Below, piece by piece: positions 1 through 13,143 of a stretch of 64,000 bases of DNA. Made by a program: the position numbers and the translations under genes. Source of the DNA: Okamejei kenojei (Eukaryota). The DNA lies in NCBI GenBank assembly GCA_035221665.1, contig CM069169.1, positions 17,360,001 to 17,424,000 on the forward strand. The letters are read 5' to 3'. Under the pieces are notes generated by a model. That model ran no database searches. It worked only from the letters and a program-made list of their open reading frames with translations, and was not told the DNA's origin. How positions within the stretch are numbered: position 1 is the stretch's first letter; each line of letters starts with the position of its first letter.

Positions 1-1459
1 GAGGTGTTTCCCTTTTATTTTCAATCTGGTCTTTTGTTCTGTTCATTTGTTGCAACATTATTGTTTTTATTTCAGTTTTAGCTTGCATTGCACCCATATT
101 TCTCAAATAAAATCTCAGTTGAGGCAAGCTGGTGACTAATTTGAAGGCTTCAGTTATTTTGGTCCATGACTTTAGACAATTAGTATATATTGCTAATGCG
201 CATTTTATCTACGCTTTTAGCATAATTTCTGGATATTTGCGACATGAATGTCTTATCCATTTGTTGAGTGGTCGTAACCTCAAGATAAATGAGTGGCATT
301 ACATGATTATTCCATGCATTAGTGAGAAATTAGAATCCACTTGCTTTATGAAGTGCAAGATCAATTTGCTCAATTTATTGGATTGAGAATAGTGTATGAC
401 TCATCGTTCAGAAGTCATTTTTTTAAATGCTAAATTAATGCTAATTTAATGCTAAATTAGCTCCTTTAAGATTTTCTGAGAGGAGATAATGGATATTCAG
501 CAATTTCTGTTGTTTGCTTCTTAAGTTTGTTTGTTTCAACTGTTTTATCAGCCAGTTGCTCTTCTATGGAAGATGTTAATTTCTGTTGTGTGGGAATCCA
601 ATCATCAAATTTATTTCTGATGGAAGGTTTGAGTGGACATTGTGATTTGTGATTACTTGTGTGTTGATCATTTATTTAATCATGGATTAAATCTGTATGT
701 AAGCATAGCTTCTTGTATCTTTGTTGCTCTAGCATAAACAAGTGATTGTTGATTATCTCACTGAATGCTCAAAAAAAATGTTGAAAGCTTCTTTTGAAAA
801 TAAGCCAAAAATAATATTTATGTTAGCTGTGGAGCTGCATAAAAGGCAATGTAAAATTATAACTTTTAAAGAGAAGATAGCCACTTGGCCCTCTGGGCCC
901 ATGATACATTTTATGAGAAGAATCAGTTATTCGTGTTCCATCTATTCCTTTTTCTCCAGAAATGCTCTCTGATCAGCTGAGTTACTCCACCTTTTTGTGT
1001 CTATTCTTCCAATATTGCACTTTGTTTTACATTTATCTTGCTTCATGGCTATTTGTTGCACAAATATTTTTATTTTAGTACAGATTAGATTTTTTCCTTT
1101 TGGTTCGTCTACCAACAACCTTTAATGTATGGCTCTCAAGCCATTGACAAATGGGATGTTCTTTCCTTAGTTATACCTTTGACTTAATGATTTTTAACAA
1201 TTTATTGAAATTCCTCTCAACTCTTTATTCTGATAAGCAGGTATAACCCCTCTCAGTATTCTTTGCTAAACTCTTCTATTGCAGATGTTTCTATTTCCAA
1301 AGAAGTTCAGTAACCGACTTTGGTAGTTGTTGGCTTTGGTCTCTGAATCCTGATACATGTACTGATTTGAAACTTATTAGATTTGATCATAAATCTCTGT
1401 TGAATGGTAGATGAAATGATTTGATTGTCCTGTGGTAAAGTTGTCAATTGCTTTCCTGC

Positions 1460-2930
1460 GAAGATAGACACAAAGTACTGGAGTAACTCAGCAGATCAGG
1501 CAGCATATCTGGATAGAAGGAATGAGTGATGTTTTGGGTCGAGACTCTTCTTCAGACTGTCAGCGGAGAGGGAGACACAGAGATAAGGAAGCGTAAGATG
1601 TGAGAACAAGACATCAAAGGGGATGTAGATCAAGGAAAATGTAGAATAGATCATTGTTAGCTAGGAGAAGCTGACAAGGAAGCATACAGAGATAACATTT
1701 AATCAAGGGGACAGTCAGACTGGTCGGTGAACGAGGAAGGGGGAGGGTTCGAGAGAGAGGGTAAGCAAGCAAAGGAAAGCAAGAGAAATAGAGAAGTCAA
1801 TATTCATACTGCTGAGGTGTAAGCTGTCCAAGCGAAATATAAGATGCTGTTCCTCCAATTTGTGCTGGGTCTCACTCTGACAGTGGAAAGGTCAGAATGT
1901 GAGGGAGAGTTAGTGTTCAGCAACTGTGAGATCAGGTAGGTTTAGGCAGACTGAGTGGAGGTGTTCGGCAAAACGATCGCCGTGCCTGCGCTTGGTATCG
2001 CCATTATATAGAAGTCCACACCTGGAACAGCGGATACAGTAGATGAGGTTGGATGAGGGGCATGTGAGCCTCTGCCTCACTTGAAAAGACTGTTGGGGTT
2101 CTTGGATAGAGTCGAGGGATGAATAGGGATAGGTGTTGTATCTCCTGCAGTCATAGGGGAAGGGGTGGTTTGGGTGGGAAGGGACGAATCTCTGTGGAAA
2201 GTGGAAAGAGTGGAGGTGGGAAGATGTGGCTAGTGGTGGGATCCCATTGGAGGTGGCAAAAATGCCAGCAGATTACATGCTGTATGAGACGGCTGATGGG
2301 GTGAAAGATGAGGACTAGGGGGATTCTTCCTGTTGCGACTGGGGGACGAAGAGCAAGAGCGGAGCTGCGGGATATCGAAGAGACCCTTGTGAGGGCCTCA
2401 TCTATGATGGAAGAGGGGAACATCCGTTCCCCAAAGAATGAGGATATATCAGATGTCCTGGAGTGGAACACCTCATCTTGGGCGCAGATGCGTCGTAGAC
2501 AGTGGAGTTGGGAGTAGCGGATAGAGTCTTTGCAGGAGGCAGATTGGGAAGAAGTGTAGAGATATAGCTGTGGGAGCCAGTAGGTTTATAACAGATGCCA
2601 GTTGAAAGTCTATCTCCTGTGATGGAGATGGTGAGATCAAGAAAAGGTAGGGAGATGTTGGAGATGGTCCAAGTGAATTTGAGTGCAGAAAGGAAATTAG
2701 TAATGAAGTTAATGAAGTCCGTGAGTTCTGCATAGGTGCAGGACGTAGCCCCGATGTAGTTGTCAATGTAGCGGAGATAGTTCGAGGATAGGGCCAATGT
2801 ACGCCTGGAACAGGGATTGTTTTATGTACCCTACAAAGAGGCAGGCATAGCTGTGGCCCATACAAATGCCCATGGCTACTATGCCTTAGATTTACAGGAG
2901 CAGGGATTGTTCGACTTGCCCTACAAAGAA
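1460..2930 (-). mobile_element. Penelope-like element, 5'-truncated and decayed: RT C-terminal part, GIY-YIG endonuclease and pseudo-LTR
   Basis: Minus-strand frames give YLRYIDN and LPFLDLTISITGDRLST..YKPTGSHSY (PLE-type RT). They are followed by GIY-YIG-like sequence at about 1950-2080 and the pLTR at 1460-1560. Confidence 0.88.
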
Positions 2931-4043
2931 TCTGGAACAGAGAGTCTTGAATTTGTTCTTCTGCATTAGTTTTTCAACACCTTCCATGCCACGATTTGGT
3001 GTGGGTCTGCAAATATTAAATCCTATGGTACTTTGACAAAATGAGCATTCCCTGTGTAAGCTTAAGTGCAAAATATTGTAAGATTGAGCTTTTAATGTAT
3101 ATCATACCTGATTGCAAATCTGTACTTGTCCAAGATATCTCTCTACTTGCAAAACGTGTTATATAAAGTCAATTAATTGTTGTTGAGTTTCATATTGGCA
3201 AGCTTTCCTGCATCGATAAGTGAAGAAAAAACAGGTTTTGGAATCACACCATATTTTCATTTCATGGAAGGAGGCCACTTCAACTGTAGGTCTGACCAGT
3301 AAATAGATGATAGAATAGGCAACACATCGAGGATTTTAATGTTATATATGTGATAAACATATTCACAGGTTGTTGTGCTATGAGCCGAGTAGTAGAGCAG
3401 TCTCTCTTTTTAAAAAATTACTCTGTATGCCGTTGCTTCAGAAAATCAAACACAACTATCCTCAAAGTGGTGCAAATGGTGAAATATGGAGCCAAAAAAA
3501 CAAACTGTAGAAGCAACTCCGCAGGTTGGGCAGCATCTGTGGATGCAGAGGGATAGTTGTTTCTGGATGACACCCTACATTAGGACTGGCAATGTATGGG
3601 GGAAATCATCGGTGTAAGGGGGTTAGGGTATGAGCTGACAAATAAAAGATGGAACTGGGTGGGAAGGAGATGGTGGGTAGTTGGAACAGGAGTGGAGCCC
3701 TTGGTCTCTGAACACACTTTTTCCTTTGTTGGATAAAGATACATTAGAGGTGAATTTTGTTATCGATGTCTGTTACCTAGAAGGATGTCTGCTGAAGTTT
3801 GGAAAGTGATCCACATTTACAAGATTTTCGTTATTCATTTTCACATGTCATTGCTTGGAGAGAGGAAGGGAATGCAGCATTTTCCTAAAGGAACCGGTTT
3901 CCTTTTTGTTCTGGAAGCTAATTCCACTTCAAGAGGAAACTTGTTGGAGGTAAAGCACAATATTGCTACAAAGAAGATTGAGAAGAGGGGTGGTGAAATG
4001 ATATGTCCGTGTCTCAATTCTATGTTGTAGAATTATAAAGTAG

Positions 4044-4869
4044 CAAGTGGCGGCGCTGCCTGGCAGCTGTGGCTCACCTGCAGTCCGTCTGTTTTTATTT
4101 TATTTTTGTCTTTTTGTGTCTGTTTTAGTGATAATTTTGGTTTATTAGGCTGTGTATGTGTGTGGGGGGAGGGGTGGGGGTGGGAGAAACAGGGTTTTAG
4201 TCTCTCCCTTCGGGGGGATACGACTTTTCTTGTCGTATCCCCCGTCACAGTTTCTGTCTGTGCTGAGACCATAATGGCGGAGCTGGCGGCCTCGGAGCTA
4301 TGGCGGCCTTCCAGCTTCCAGCAGCGGCGGCACGGCTTCGGAGCTTCAGCGGCGACCTGACTTCGGGGCTGCGGTGCTCCAGCGGCGACCTGGCTTCGGG
4401 GCTGCGGTGCTCCAGCTGCGACCTAGCCGTCGGGGCTGTGGTGCTCCAGTGACATTCCAGGGGCGACCTGGCTTCGGAGCTGTGGTGCTCCAGCGGCGAC
4501 CTGGCTTTCGGAGCTGCGGTGCTCCAGCGTTCCAGCGGCAGGCCCTGTGGCGGTGTTCCGGCATTCCGGCGACGGCGGTGGCGGCAGCCTGGCTTCGGAG
4601 GCTCGGCCGCGGGCCTGGTGGACGGCAACATCGGAGGCCTGGATCTCCTCAGCGCAGAGGGAGAACAAGGAGGGAAGAAGACAGAGACTCTAAGACTTTT
4701 GCCTTTCACCACAGTGAGGAAGTGCCTGGTGAACTCACTGTGGTGGATGTTAAATATGTGTTTATTGTGCGTTTTGTTTTTTTATTATGTGTTATGACTG
4801 CAAGGTAACAAAATTTCGTTCAGACCGAAAGGTCTGAATGACAATAAAGGATAATCTAATCTAATCTAA
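4044..4869 (+). mobile_element. GC-rich non-autonomous retroposon (SINE-like) with internal minisatellite and Rex1/Babar-like 3' tail
   Basis: Abrupt CpG-rich island ending in aatttc-hairpin-tgacaataaa plus (ATCTA)3, the same tail architecture as the Rex1-like LINE ending near 9095. Confidence 0.65.
4348..4525. repeat. 33-bp minisatellite, about 5 copies (agcggcgacctggcttcggggctgcggtgctcc)
   Basis: Units are directly visible at 4348, 4381, 4414, about 4459 and about 4492. Confidence 0.9.
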
Positions 4870-4962
4870 GTATGGAAAGATCCAACTGAACTGGCACAAT
4901 ACATCAAGCATCCAACCTAGTTGATACTGCTTACGTTCCATTAATTCTCTTCAGAGTCTACT

Positions 4963-5135
4963 ATGGGCAATTTCAATTTATCCCATCCAAACTCTTTGGG
5001 GTGTGGGAAGAAACTGGAGTATTTCGAGCAAATCCACACGGTTGCAAGGAGTACATACACTATACGACAACCCCAAGGGTCTGGATTGAATCTAGATTGC
5101 TGAAACTAAGGCAGCATTTCTTCCACTGGTGCCAC
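4963..5135 (-). mobile_element. HE1-like V-SINE fragment
   Basis: Reverse complement has a tRNA-like head (gtggcac..gtggaa) and the V-domain-like ctccagtttcttcccacacccc. Confidence 0.6.
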
Positions 5136-5253
5136 AGTCTCGACCTGAAACGTCATGTATTCCTTCTCTCCAGAGATGCTGCCTGTCCCCTGAGTTACTC
5201 CAGCATTTTTTGTCTATCTTCAGTTATACCAGCATCTGCAGTTCCTTCCTACA
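5136..5253 (+). mobile_element. Penelope pLTR-derived short element (hammerhead 5' half lost)
   Basis: gtctcgacctgaaacgtc...gctgcctgtcccctgagttactccagca...cagcatctgcagttccttcctacaca. Confidence 0.85.
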
Positions 5254-5954
5254 CAGGCCGAGTGAAACTTCTTTATGGGTTCCCTGAATCCTTTAAAATT
5301 GTTTTTTTTTTTTGCAACATTTCTGTTGTTGTTTGGGAGCTAAATGGATAGAGTTTACAGATGGGTTAGACAATGTGAAGAAAGGAGGACAGGAGAAAGG
5401 ATAAACAGTGGTCAATCCAATAGAGATTCACAGCTGTCATGTACGAAAGCACAGGCGACTGCAGATGCTGGAATCTGTAGCAAAAAACCCCAGCTCAGTT
5501 GGTCAGGCCATATCTTTGGAAGGAAAGGAATGATTAGCTTTTTTTAGGCAGTGGGGCAAAGGTTCAGCAGATTGACACATAGGGTGAGGCCATCCCAAGA
5601 GATAAGCCCACTGGACCTGCCAAAGCAGCCCGCAGAAGAATACGGTTGAATCTTATTCAAGTGTACCAAATTCTTGAGGGGCTTGGCAAGGTGCATCTTT
5701 TGGCAAGTTACCCGTGGCAAGTTACCCTTGGCAAGGTTTATTGTGCCTAGGGTTTCCAGAATAAGTGATCAGCCTCAAAATAAGGAGTCAGCCATTCTGC
5801 AAATGCAAAGTTTTATTTTTCACCCAGATGAAAGTGCACTTTTGGAATTGTGTTGAAGAGGGATGAAGGCTAAATTGCTGACTGTTCAAGACAGGAATTA
5901 ATAGATTTTAGCTATCTTGGTTAATACAGAGAAACAGCACTGAGATAAAAAATA

Positions 5955-6071
5955 TGTTTAAGAAGGAACTGCAGATGCTGGAAAATCTCAGGTAGACAAA
6001 AATGCTGGAGAAACTCAGCGGGTGATGCTGCCTCACCTGCTGAGTTTCTCCAGCATTCTTGTCTACCTGAG
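5955..6071. mobile_element. Fold-back pLTR-derived element (about 39-bp arm palindrome, 5987-6071) inside a decayed CR1 end
   Basis: ctcaggtagacaaaaatgctggagaaactcagcgggtga pairs with tcacctgctgagtttctccagcattcttgtctacctgag. Confidence 0.85.
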
Positions 6072-8174
6072 GTAAAAGATAGGTATTATCTTATAAGGAT
6101 TATTAAACAATGGAGCTGAATGGTCCACTCCTACTATGTTCTTGTGTTTGCTTATAATTTGTAGCCGAGTACAATCAATGGAAGGGGTTTTGCAGGTGAA
6201 TGGATTTTTGAACTAAGTTTTTATGTTGTTGAGGGAGCATCCAGTGAAGACTGGTGTATAATGGAAATTGCTCTTTATCATGGATGGGTGTGTGATGGTG
6301 ACACAGGATCTAATTATAGTGTGAGCAGCATTTACGTGGGTCATCCAGAAATATCTGAAAACTTCCGGTTGTAATGCCATTGTTATATAATGAGTTCAAT
6401 GTCAGCATGATTTTTTTTTTTGGTGCATTGTGCACACAAAAAATTATCAATGAATTTGCTCAAGTTGCTTTATTACTTAATCGCTTTCCACCCTATTTTC
6501 TCTTTTACTATCACATTTTTTCCATTTCTGGTATTGATCCACCTTGTGCTGTCCTTTGTTTTGTCGGTCTGGATTCAGTTCTCATTTTTCTTTGATCGGA
6601 TCTCTGGCCCATTGGGGGAAAAAAAGTGAATTGCAGAGAACAGTTTATTGACCAGTATAGAGCTGTTAGAGCTCTATAAACAATAAAATTGTATAGGGAA
6701 CAATTTGATTTGGTTTCAAAATATTAACAGTGCAAAATCGCTCTAATTGCCACATCAGAGATGATTAATGTTTCTTCCTCCAGCATGTTAAACTTTACAA
6801 ACATTCAACACCTTTTTTGTGAAGAAATGTTTATTAAACCATGACCATGTTCTTACTTCATGCAGTTATGCTGAGAAGTGATAGCTTGAGATATGACTTG
6901 CCTTTTTATGTCTGTTGTATGTTGTAGCTTGAATTGATGTAGGATGTGATGATCCTCAACTGAGAATCTTGCTTTGCAGTGATATACAGCCCCGGGCTTT
7001 GCTTCCTCATGCATGAGTTTGTCCTCGTGCCCGAATTCTGGTGAAATTGGCTGCAAATAATCACTAAAGGTAATCTAATTTTGTTAAGGGTTGTGTGTAT
7101 CTCTGCAAACAGTTGGAGTTTGTTGCTGAACAATCATCCTTTGCTGCAATTTCATTTTTATTGATTGTCAGACAAAAGCTGCCTGAAATGCAAATTAGCT
7201 TTTGTCGTCATTGTCAAATAGTAAATAATTATTTAAGTATCTTTAGTGGACAAATGCCCTTGCTTCATTCTGAGTTTTTTTTCCATCCAGTCCTTGCACT
7301 TTCAAAGATTGGTCATCAGGAAGACATTTCTTCTGGGAGCTGAAGCTATTGTCCAACCTCATTAAGGGTGCCGCCTGCTGCTGAGATCAACATGAGCTTA
7401 ATTGTTACAGTTGTTATCAGATTTGGAATGATCTTGTGTGCATGTAGCTTATTTCTACTTTGCCATATATTTTGCTGCTTGAAACATGATCTTAAAAAAA
7501 AGTTAGACGTTTTTGAAGCATGGCCTACACGTTTCATCTGGTATCTTTCTTCTCATTCAGATCCCAAAATTTGTCTGTTTCTATCTTTTTGTGCTCAAGA
7601 TGTTGAATTTTTGAAAACTTCCTTTGAAGTTCATGTTCAGCTTAAATAAAATTGGTAATGAATTTGCCCCAAGTGTTTAAGAAATGCATGAACCCGATGC
7701 ATAGTGTGTTTTGGAACAATGGTTTTGGTAGCCAGCAATGGCTTCACTTTTCTCTATTACATAATTGCAACAGTGCAACAAATAACCTATGTTTTCAGGA
7801 ATAATCAGCAATAATGTCCTAAAATTGGTGCAAGAAAGTCCAATACATTGATAAATTGGCTATGGATTTTTTGTTTTGGTGGTTATTGGTATTTTGGGTT
7901 AATTGATGACCAAGTACGTTTCAAATCAATTAGCTATGAAAATGTACCCACATGGAGCAAATTAGTTGTACTGTCATTTAAAACACTGCTGCAAAATATT
8001 TGAGTTCTTAATCATAGTGATCTTATAAGAACTGAAGGATAATATCTTACAGTATCTGAATTGATCTTTATACTACGCAAATGGAATCATTAAGTCATAA
8101 ATGATTCGTAACATGCCCACTAAAATAAAATCAAGCAGCGGTTTGCACTGATCCCATTTTATTCCCCCCTCATT

Positions 8175-8368
8175 CCCATCAATTCCCCTAGATTCAACCG
8201 CTCACTTACACGCCTGGGTCAGTTTAGAGTGGCAATAAACTATCGACCTGCACGTATTTAGGATGTGGGGTGGGAGGGGGTGGAACCTAATGAAACCAAT
8301 GTGGTCACTGAGAGAATGTGCAAACTCAAAGCAGACAGCATCAAAAGTCAGTATTGAACCTGGGTTGA
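8175..8368 (-). mobile_element. HE1-like V-SINE fragment
   Basis: gagagaatgtgcaaactc..cagacagca..attgaacctgggt is the reverse of the B-box and V-domain-like region. Confidence 0.6.
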
Positions 8369-8414
8369 TATCCTCTGAGTATTTTGTAAGCCATTATATG
8401 GCATTGCATAAACA

Positions 8415-9095
8415 TTGACTACAGTTCGGCATTTAATACATTCATCCCCTCCAAGCTGGTTACCAAGCTCTCAGAATTGGGTCTCTGCGCATCCCTTTTT
8501 AATTGGATTCTCGACTTCCTCATCCACAGACCACAGTCTGTTCGTATTGGTGGAGATGTCAGCCTCGATAATAATCAGCATGGGAGCACTTCAAGGCTGC
8601 GAGCTCAGCCCCCTGCTGTACTCACTCTATACTCATAACTGCATAGCCGGTCATAGTGCGAACTCCATCAAGTTCGCCGACGGCACCACTGTTGTGGGAC
8701 GTATCACTGATGAAGAAGAGTCCGAGTACAGAAGTGAGATCGACCGACTGACCAAATGGTGCCAGCACAAAACCTGGCTCGCAGAACCAAGGAACTGATT
8801 GTGGACTTTGGAAGGGGTAGGATGAGGACCCGCAGTCCCGTTTATATCATACGGGTCGATGTTGAAAAGGGTCAAGAGCTTCAAATTCCTGGGCGTGCAT
8901 ATTTCCAAAGATCTCTCCTGGTCCCAGAACACTGATGCAATTATAACAAAAGCACATCAGCGCTTCTAATCAATGGTATATGGACACACTGATCTGTTCT
9001 GTATTTATTTATGCCTACAATATTCTGCTGTGCTGAAGCAAAAGCAAGAATTTCATTGTCCTATCTGGGACACATGACAATGAACTCTCTTGAAT
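8415..9095 (+). mobile_element. Rex1/Babar-like LINE, decayed RT fragment with 3' tail
   Basis: [27 protein letters not shown] and KFADGTTVVGRIT motifs; 3' end gaatttcattgtcc..gggacacatgacaat. Confidence 0.8.
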
Positions 9096-10599
9096 CAACC
9101 CATTAATGTTTATATCAGTACACCGCTGAATTTGGAGAGAATTTTGGTTTATATCCTTCCTTCGATTATAGTCTGGCGTATTGAGGTCTGTGAAGCAACA
9201 AATTAATCAATTAAGGATTTAGAATGGGATGTTTGTTATCTTTGTTGAGATTGTGTTTCAGCTTGGGATTGTTTTCAACATGATGGGCCCATGTCCCATA
9301 TCACCATATTCATATTTACTCTTGACTGCCAATGTAGATTTAGGGCTAAGTACGCCTTGCTTTCACTCTGCTTTTAGCTCACAAGCCCAATGTCGGAACA
9401 GCAGACTGACAGATAGGGCAAGAGATGTTCAATTGGCCAGGCAGCGAGAGACCATGGTGCTGTACTATGTGTTTCATAGGCCTGCTGTATTATCCTGATA
9501 CTTGGAGTTTCTCCATATCATCCTAAATGCTCATCTGATTTTAGTGATCAAGGGCTAGAGGTTTGCTGCCAGCTTTGGAGATTTGTTTGAAGCTTTGAGC
9601 ACATACTTGAATCTCTTCCTCTGTCAGCCTGTAATCTCTTCTCATGATTAAACTCAGAATAAATGTGAACCATATGATTTATCCTGTGACAAGGGCCATG
9701 AGAATTTTGTAAAGGATATAAGGATTGTATCCATCTTTTAGGGTGCAGAGACAAGATCTCAAGAGGCAATGAGAAAAGTGGAATCATGACAGCCTACTAG
9801 ACTTCTTGTTTTCTGCCCTATCTGTTAACTTAATCTTGGTGATTATTGATTCTCCCATTCTCACAGCGCCTTCCCCCGTTAGTATGGAAAATGAAACCCT
9901 TTTTACCTTTCCCATCATTCAATAAACCAGTCTTCCCAATGTATTAGCTATTCACTTACACTTCATTCAGTGTACTGCATTCAGCACTCTCACTGTAATC
10001 TTCCTCTACACTTGAGACACTAAATGCAGATTGATAACCATTTTGCAGTCATCCTTCTGTTCCATTGGCAGGAGCTTGAGTTTGCATTTGCCTTTCAATT
10101 TAATTCTCCATTTCTGTCCCACTTTGTTTTCAGCCTCCTACATTGCTCTACTGTAGCCTCATACAAGAGTGAAGTACAGCACTTTGTCACCCATTCAGCA
10201 TTTTGCAGCTACCTGGGCTCTGAATTTTAACATTATTTTAATTTTATATGATCAGATGTCAGCTATAGCCGTTATCAGTTTTTCTTTCCTCTATAACTGC
10301 CATTTTTTGGTGCAGGTTGCTGTTTTAACCAATTTTGTCTGTGCCCTATCACAGATATTCCCTCTGTTCTTTCCCCCTCCCCCTCTTTGCAGCTTAAAAC
10401 TGATTTGTTTTCTAATCATTCCAGTTCTGGTGAAACGTCCTTGACTGGAAACAGCCTTTGCTGTTTTTGTTGGTTGTTTGGGATACTATTATTGTATTTC
10501 AGAAGTTGGATGGGTTGGTACCAAGTTAAAATATTAGTGTACAAAATGGTTTGCAAACCAAACAGAACTCTTAAAAGAGCAGCAGTGTTTGACTGGGGT

Positions 10600-10691
10600 A
10601 CACAAAAAGCTGGAGAAACTCAGCGGGTGCAGCAGCATCTAGGGAGCGAAGGAGATAGGCGACGTTTCGGGTCGAGACCCTTCTTCAGACA
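10600..10691 (-). mobile_element. Solo pLTR-derived element with 17-bp TSD
   Basis: cagtgtttgactggggt at 10583-10599 and 10692-10708 flanks the element. Confidence 0.9.
10661..10690 (-). ncRNA. Minimal type I hammerhead ribozyme motif (PLE type), intact core
   Basis: Minus strand reads guCUGAAGA-a-GGGU-cucg-ACCC-GAAAC-GUC; palindromic ACGU stands in place of helix III. Activity not shown. Confidence 0.7.
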
Positions 10692-13014
10692 CAGTGTTTG
10701 ACTGGGGTTGTTTTCTATCAGTTTTGCAAATGATAAACCAATTTCTTAAGTATATTCAAAGATTGCTATATTTGAATAGGTGACATTTTGAATTTGGTTT
10801 CTTAGGATGGGAAATAAACAATGAAATAAAAATCAGGAAAATAAAAGGTCAAGCTGCTGAAGCCGAACTGAACAATAGATTCACATATTTGCTTCCTTTG
10901 CAATTGTTTCTGTTTTAGTAATTTGTATTGTTGATAGGAAGCCAGTGTACTAAAGGGTGAGGAGAAAGGAATAGACTGCTATATATGGTGCATCTGGAAC
11001 ACCGTTTGTTCAAAGGGACTGTCTGTATCATAGTTTCCTGATTAGTGCTCTCAAAAATAAGTCCATTCCTTTCAGTAACTTTTTTGTTATTCCAAATATA
11101 AGCTTCTTTACAAATTTACTGTAAAGTGCAATGAAAAGATCAGTTAGACGTCCACCCACGTCGTAGCTTTAGTTAGTTACTGTGTGTATGCAACTCATGC
11201 TCATGCAGTGTTTTTAAGATAGATTTGTGCTGTTGAGCAGCCGCAAGCAGTGGTGGGCAAAACCACAGTGTTGGAGGAACTTTTTGGGTTAAACAATGGG
11301 AATGGACAAACAATGTTTCAGGTCAGGACGCTTCTTCAGACTGAACAGGCTGTGGTAGGGTTGAGAGAAAATTGGTCCGATCGAGGTAGGCGTGTGTGTG
11401 TGTATAAACACGAGGCAATTGGTAATTGCGAAATATGGTTTTGTTGTACAAATGGTTCTGCAATTAATCATTTTTACATCATTAATCAGCTCTAATGTAT
11501 GTTGATGATTTGGGGAACACTATTTATATATTGTGGGCCAAATAGGTTATGTACATATATAGTGATGTATCGATCAGAAGATGCAAGAGGCTGGAACTAG
11601 AGAACCATTTAAAAGCTCCTATGGAAATTGACAAGCAGGAAAAAAAGCTATCTTGAAAAAATATTTTTGGGATAAAAATAAGTCTCCACAGTATTGGATA
11701 TCATTGTCACTTAAGAACACAGTCTCAGTTTCACTGGAAGTGGCCATTGAATTTAACAAGCGATTGCAATGATACTCTTAAATAATGCAACCGTTAGTAT
11801 TTTAACTTAATTTGATGTGGAAGCTTGTATTAAACTGGTATCAACTGCCCCGTGTTGTGATACAGTCCCTGGTGTGAAATTTGTTCTGTTTATTTGGTGG
11901 TCTTTGGGGCAGGATTCAGGTCTGTTTGTCTCCTCTCTGGTATCAATAACTTCTGAAAGAATAATGAATCTTGCCAATGCACTTATTTTTAAGAGATTGA
12001 TTAATACCCGATTTCCTCTTGGAGCGAAAGATGGTCAGATTGATAGTTTAACACTTTTAACAAGAGGTCGGATGAATATGTTTATACATTGTACTGTGTC
12101 CTGTGCATGCACAATTTGAGCTTTATAATGATTCCTGAGTTTTTTGGAGCTGTGGGAATATTACAAACAAAGCATTTTTTCTCCCATTGAAATCTAGCAC
12201 AGGTAAAAAAATACTGGCAGTCATTGACTACTTCAGGGGCGTTAGTTTGCTGGATGATTGGGATAGAGGCTACTACGGCTGCAACGGGCCTTCATGGGCT
12301 GCTGCTGCTTCAACTGTGAAAATGACGTCACACCTGCGACTTTTGTCGCAGGTGGGCTATTTCTATATACTTTGTACTCAATCTGGGGTTGTGCTTGTGT
12401 ATAGTAATGCATTTAATGAACTGTATGCAAAAATAATTTCACTATACCTCAGTAGATGTGATAAAAAACCATTGGACCATTCGATTAAATTGGGTAGGTT
12501 GGCAGTATCTATCGCAGATATGTTATCTGTCTCCTTTGTTACAATTGTTTCCATGAGCTGGAAACAAGTCATATTAAGATGAATAGCTTCAGTGGATGAT
12601 GCAGTTTAATATACCATGATCTTAATTTATAAGGACAAAATGTTCCCTTTGCTGTCATTAGTAACTAAACATCCGTACTTCATCCTTGAGTTACACTTAA
12701 AACAAAAACATTGGCAGATCTAGGGTTAAATATTGTTCTGACCAAATAATTATTGTAGATTTCTTTGTTTTGATGGTCTTTAGCAGGGGTTTGTACAGCA
12801 ATTTTTTTTTTTTTTTAATGACCATTAGTGAGATCAGTTTGAACTGCAGATTCATGGGATTACTTGGGTGCCAGTTCTCTAGGGGATGTAGAAGTGGACA
12901 TTATTATTGCATGAGTTAATCGATAAGCAATTTGTAAATTCCGACCGACTGACTGATGCCCATTTAGATGGCATCTTGCATCTGGCCTCTTCCAGCCTGT
13001 CACCTAATATTGAG

Positions 13015-13109
13015 TGTAGACATAAATGCTGGAGAAACTCAGTGGGTGAGGCAGCATCTATGGAGGGAAGGTAATAGGCAACATTTAGGGCCGAAACCCT
13101 TCTTCAGAC

Positions 13110-13143
<34 letters not shown>

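Noticed and set aside
428-460. Short tandem repeats (tgctaaattaa x3; also tggcaagttaccc at about 5700 and ttaaaagaaatataa at about 54084)
   Set aside because: Ordinary slippage duplications with no further structure.
4106-4808. Overlapping 72-155 aa ORFs and a CpG island as a gene or the MYO9A promoter/exon 1
   Set aside because: The ORFs arise from a stop-poor 33-bp GC minisatellite, and the island ends in a retroposon-type tail. No support for a promoter from sequence alone.
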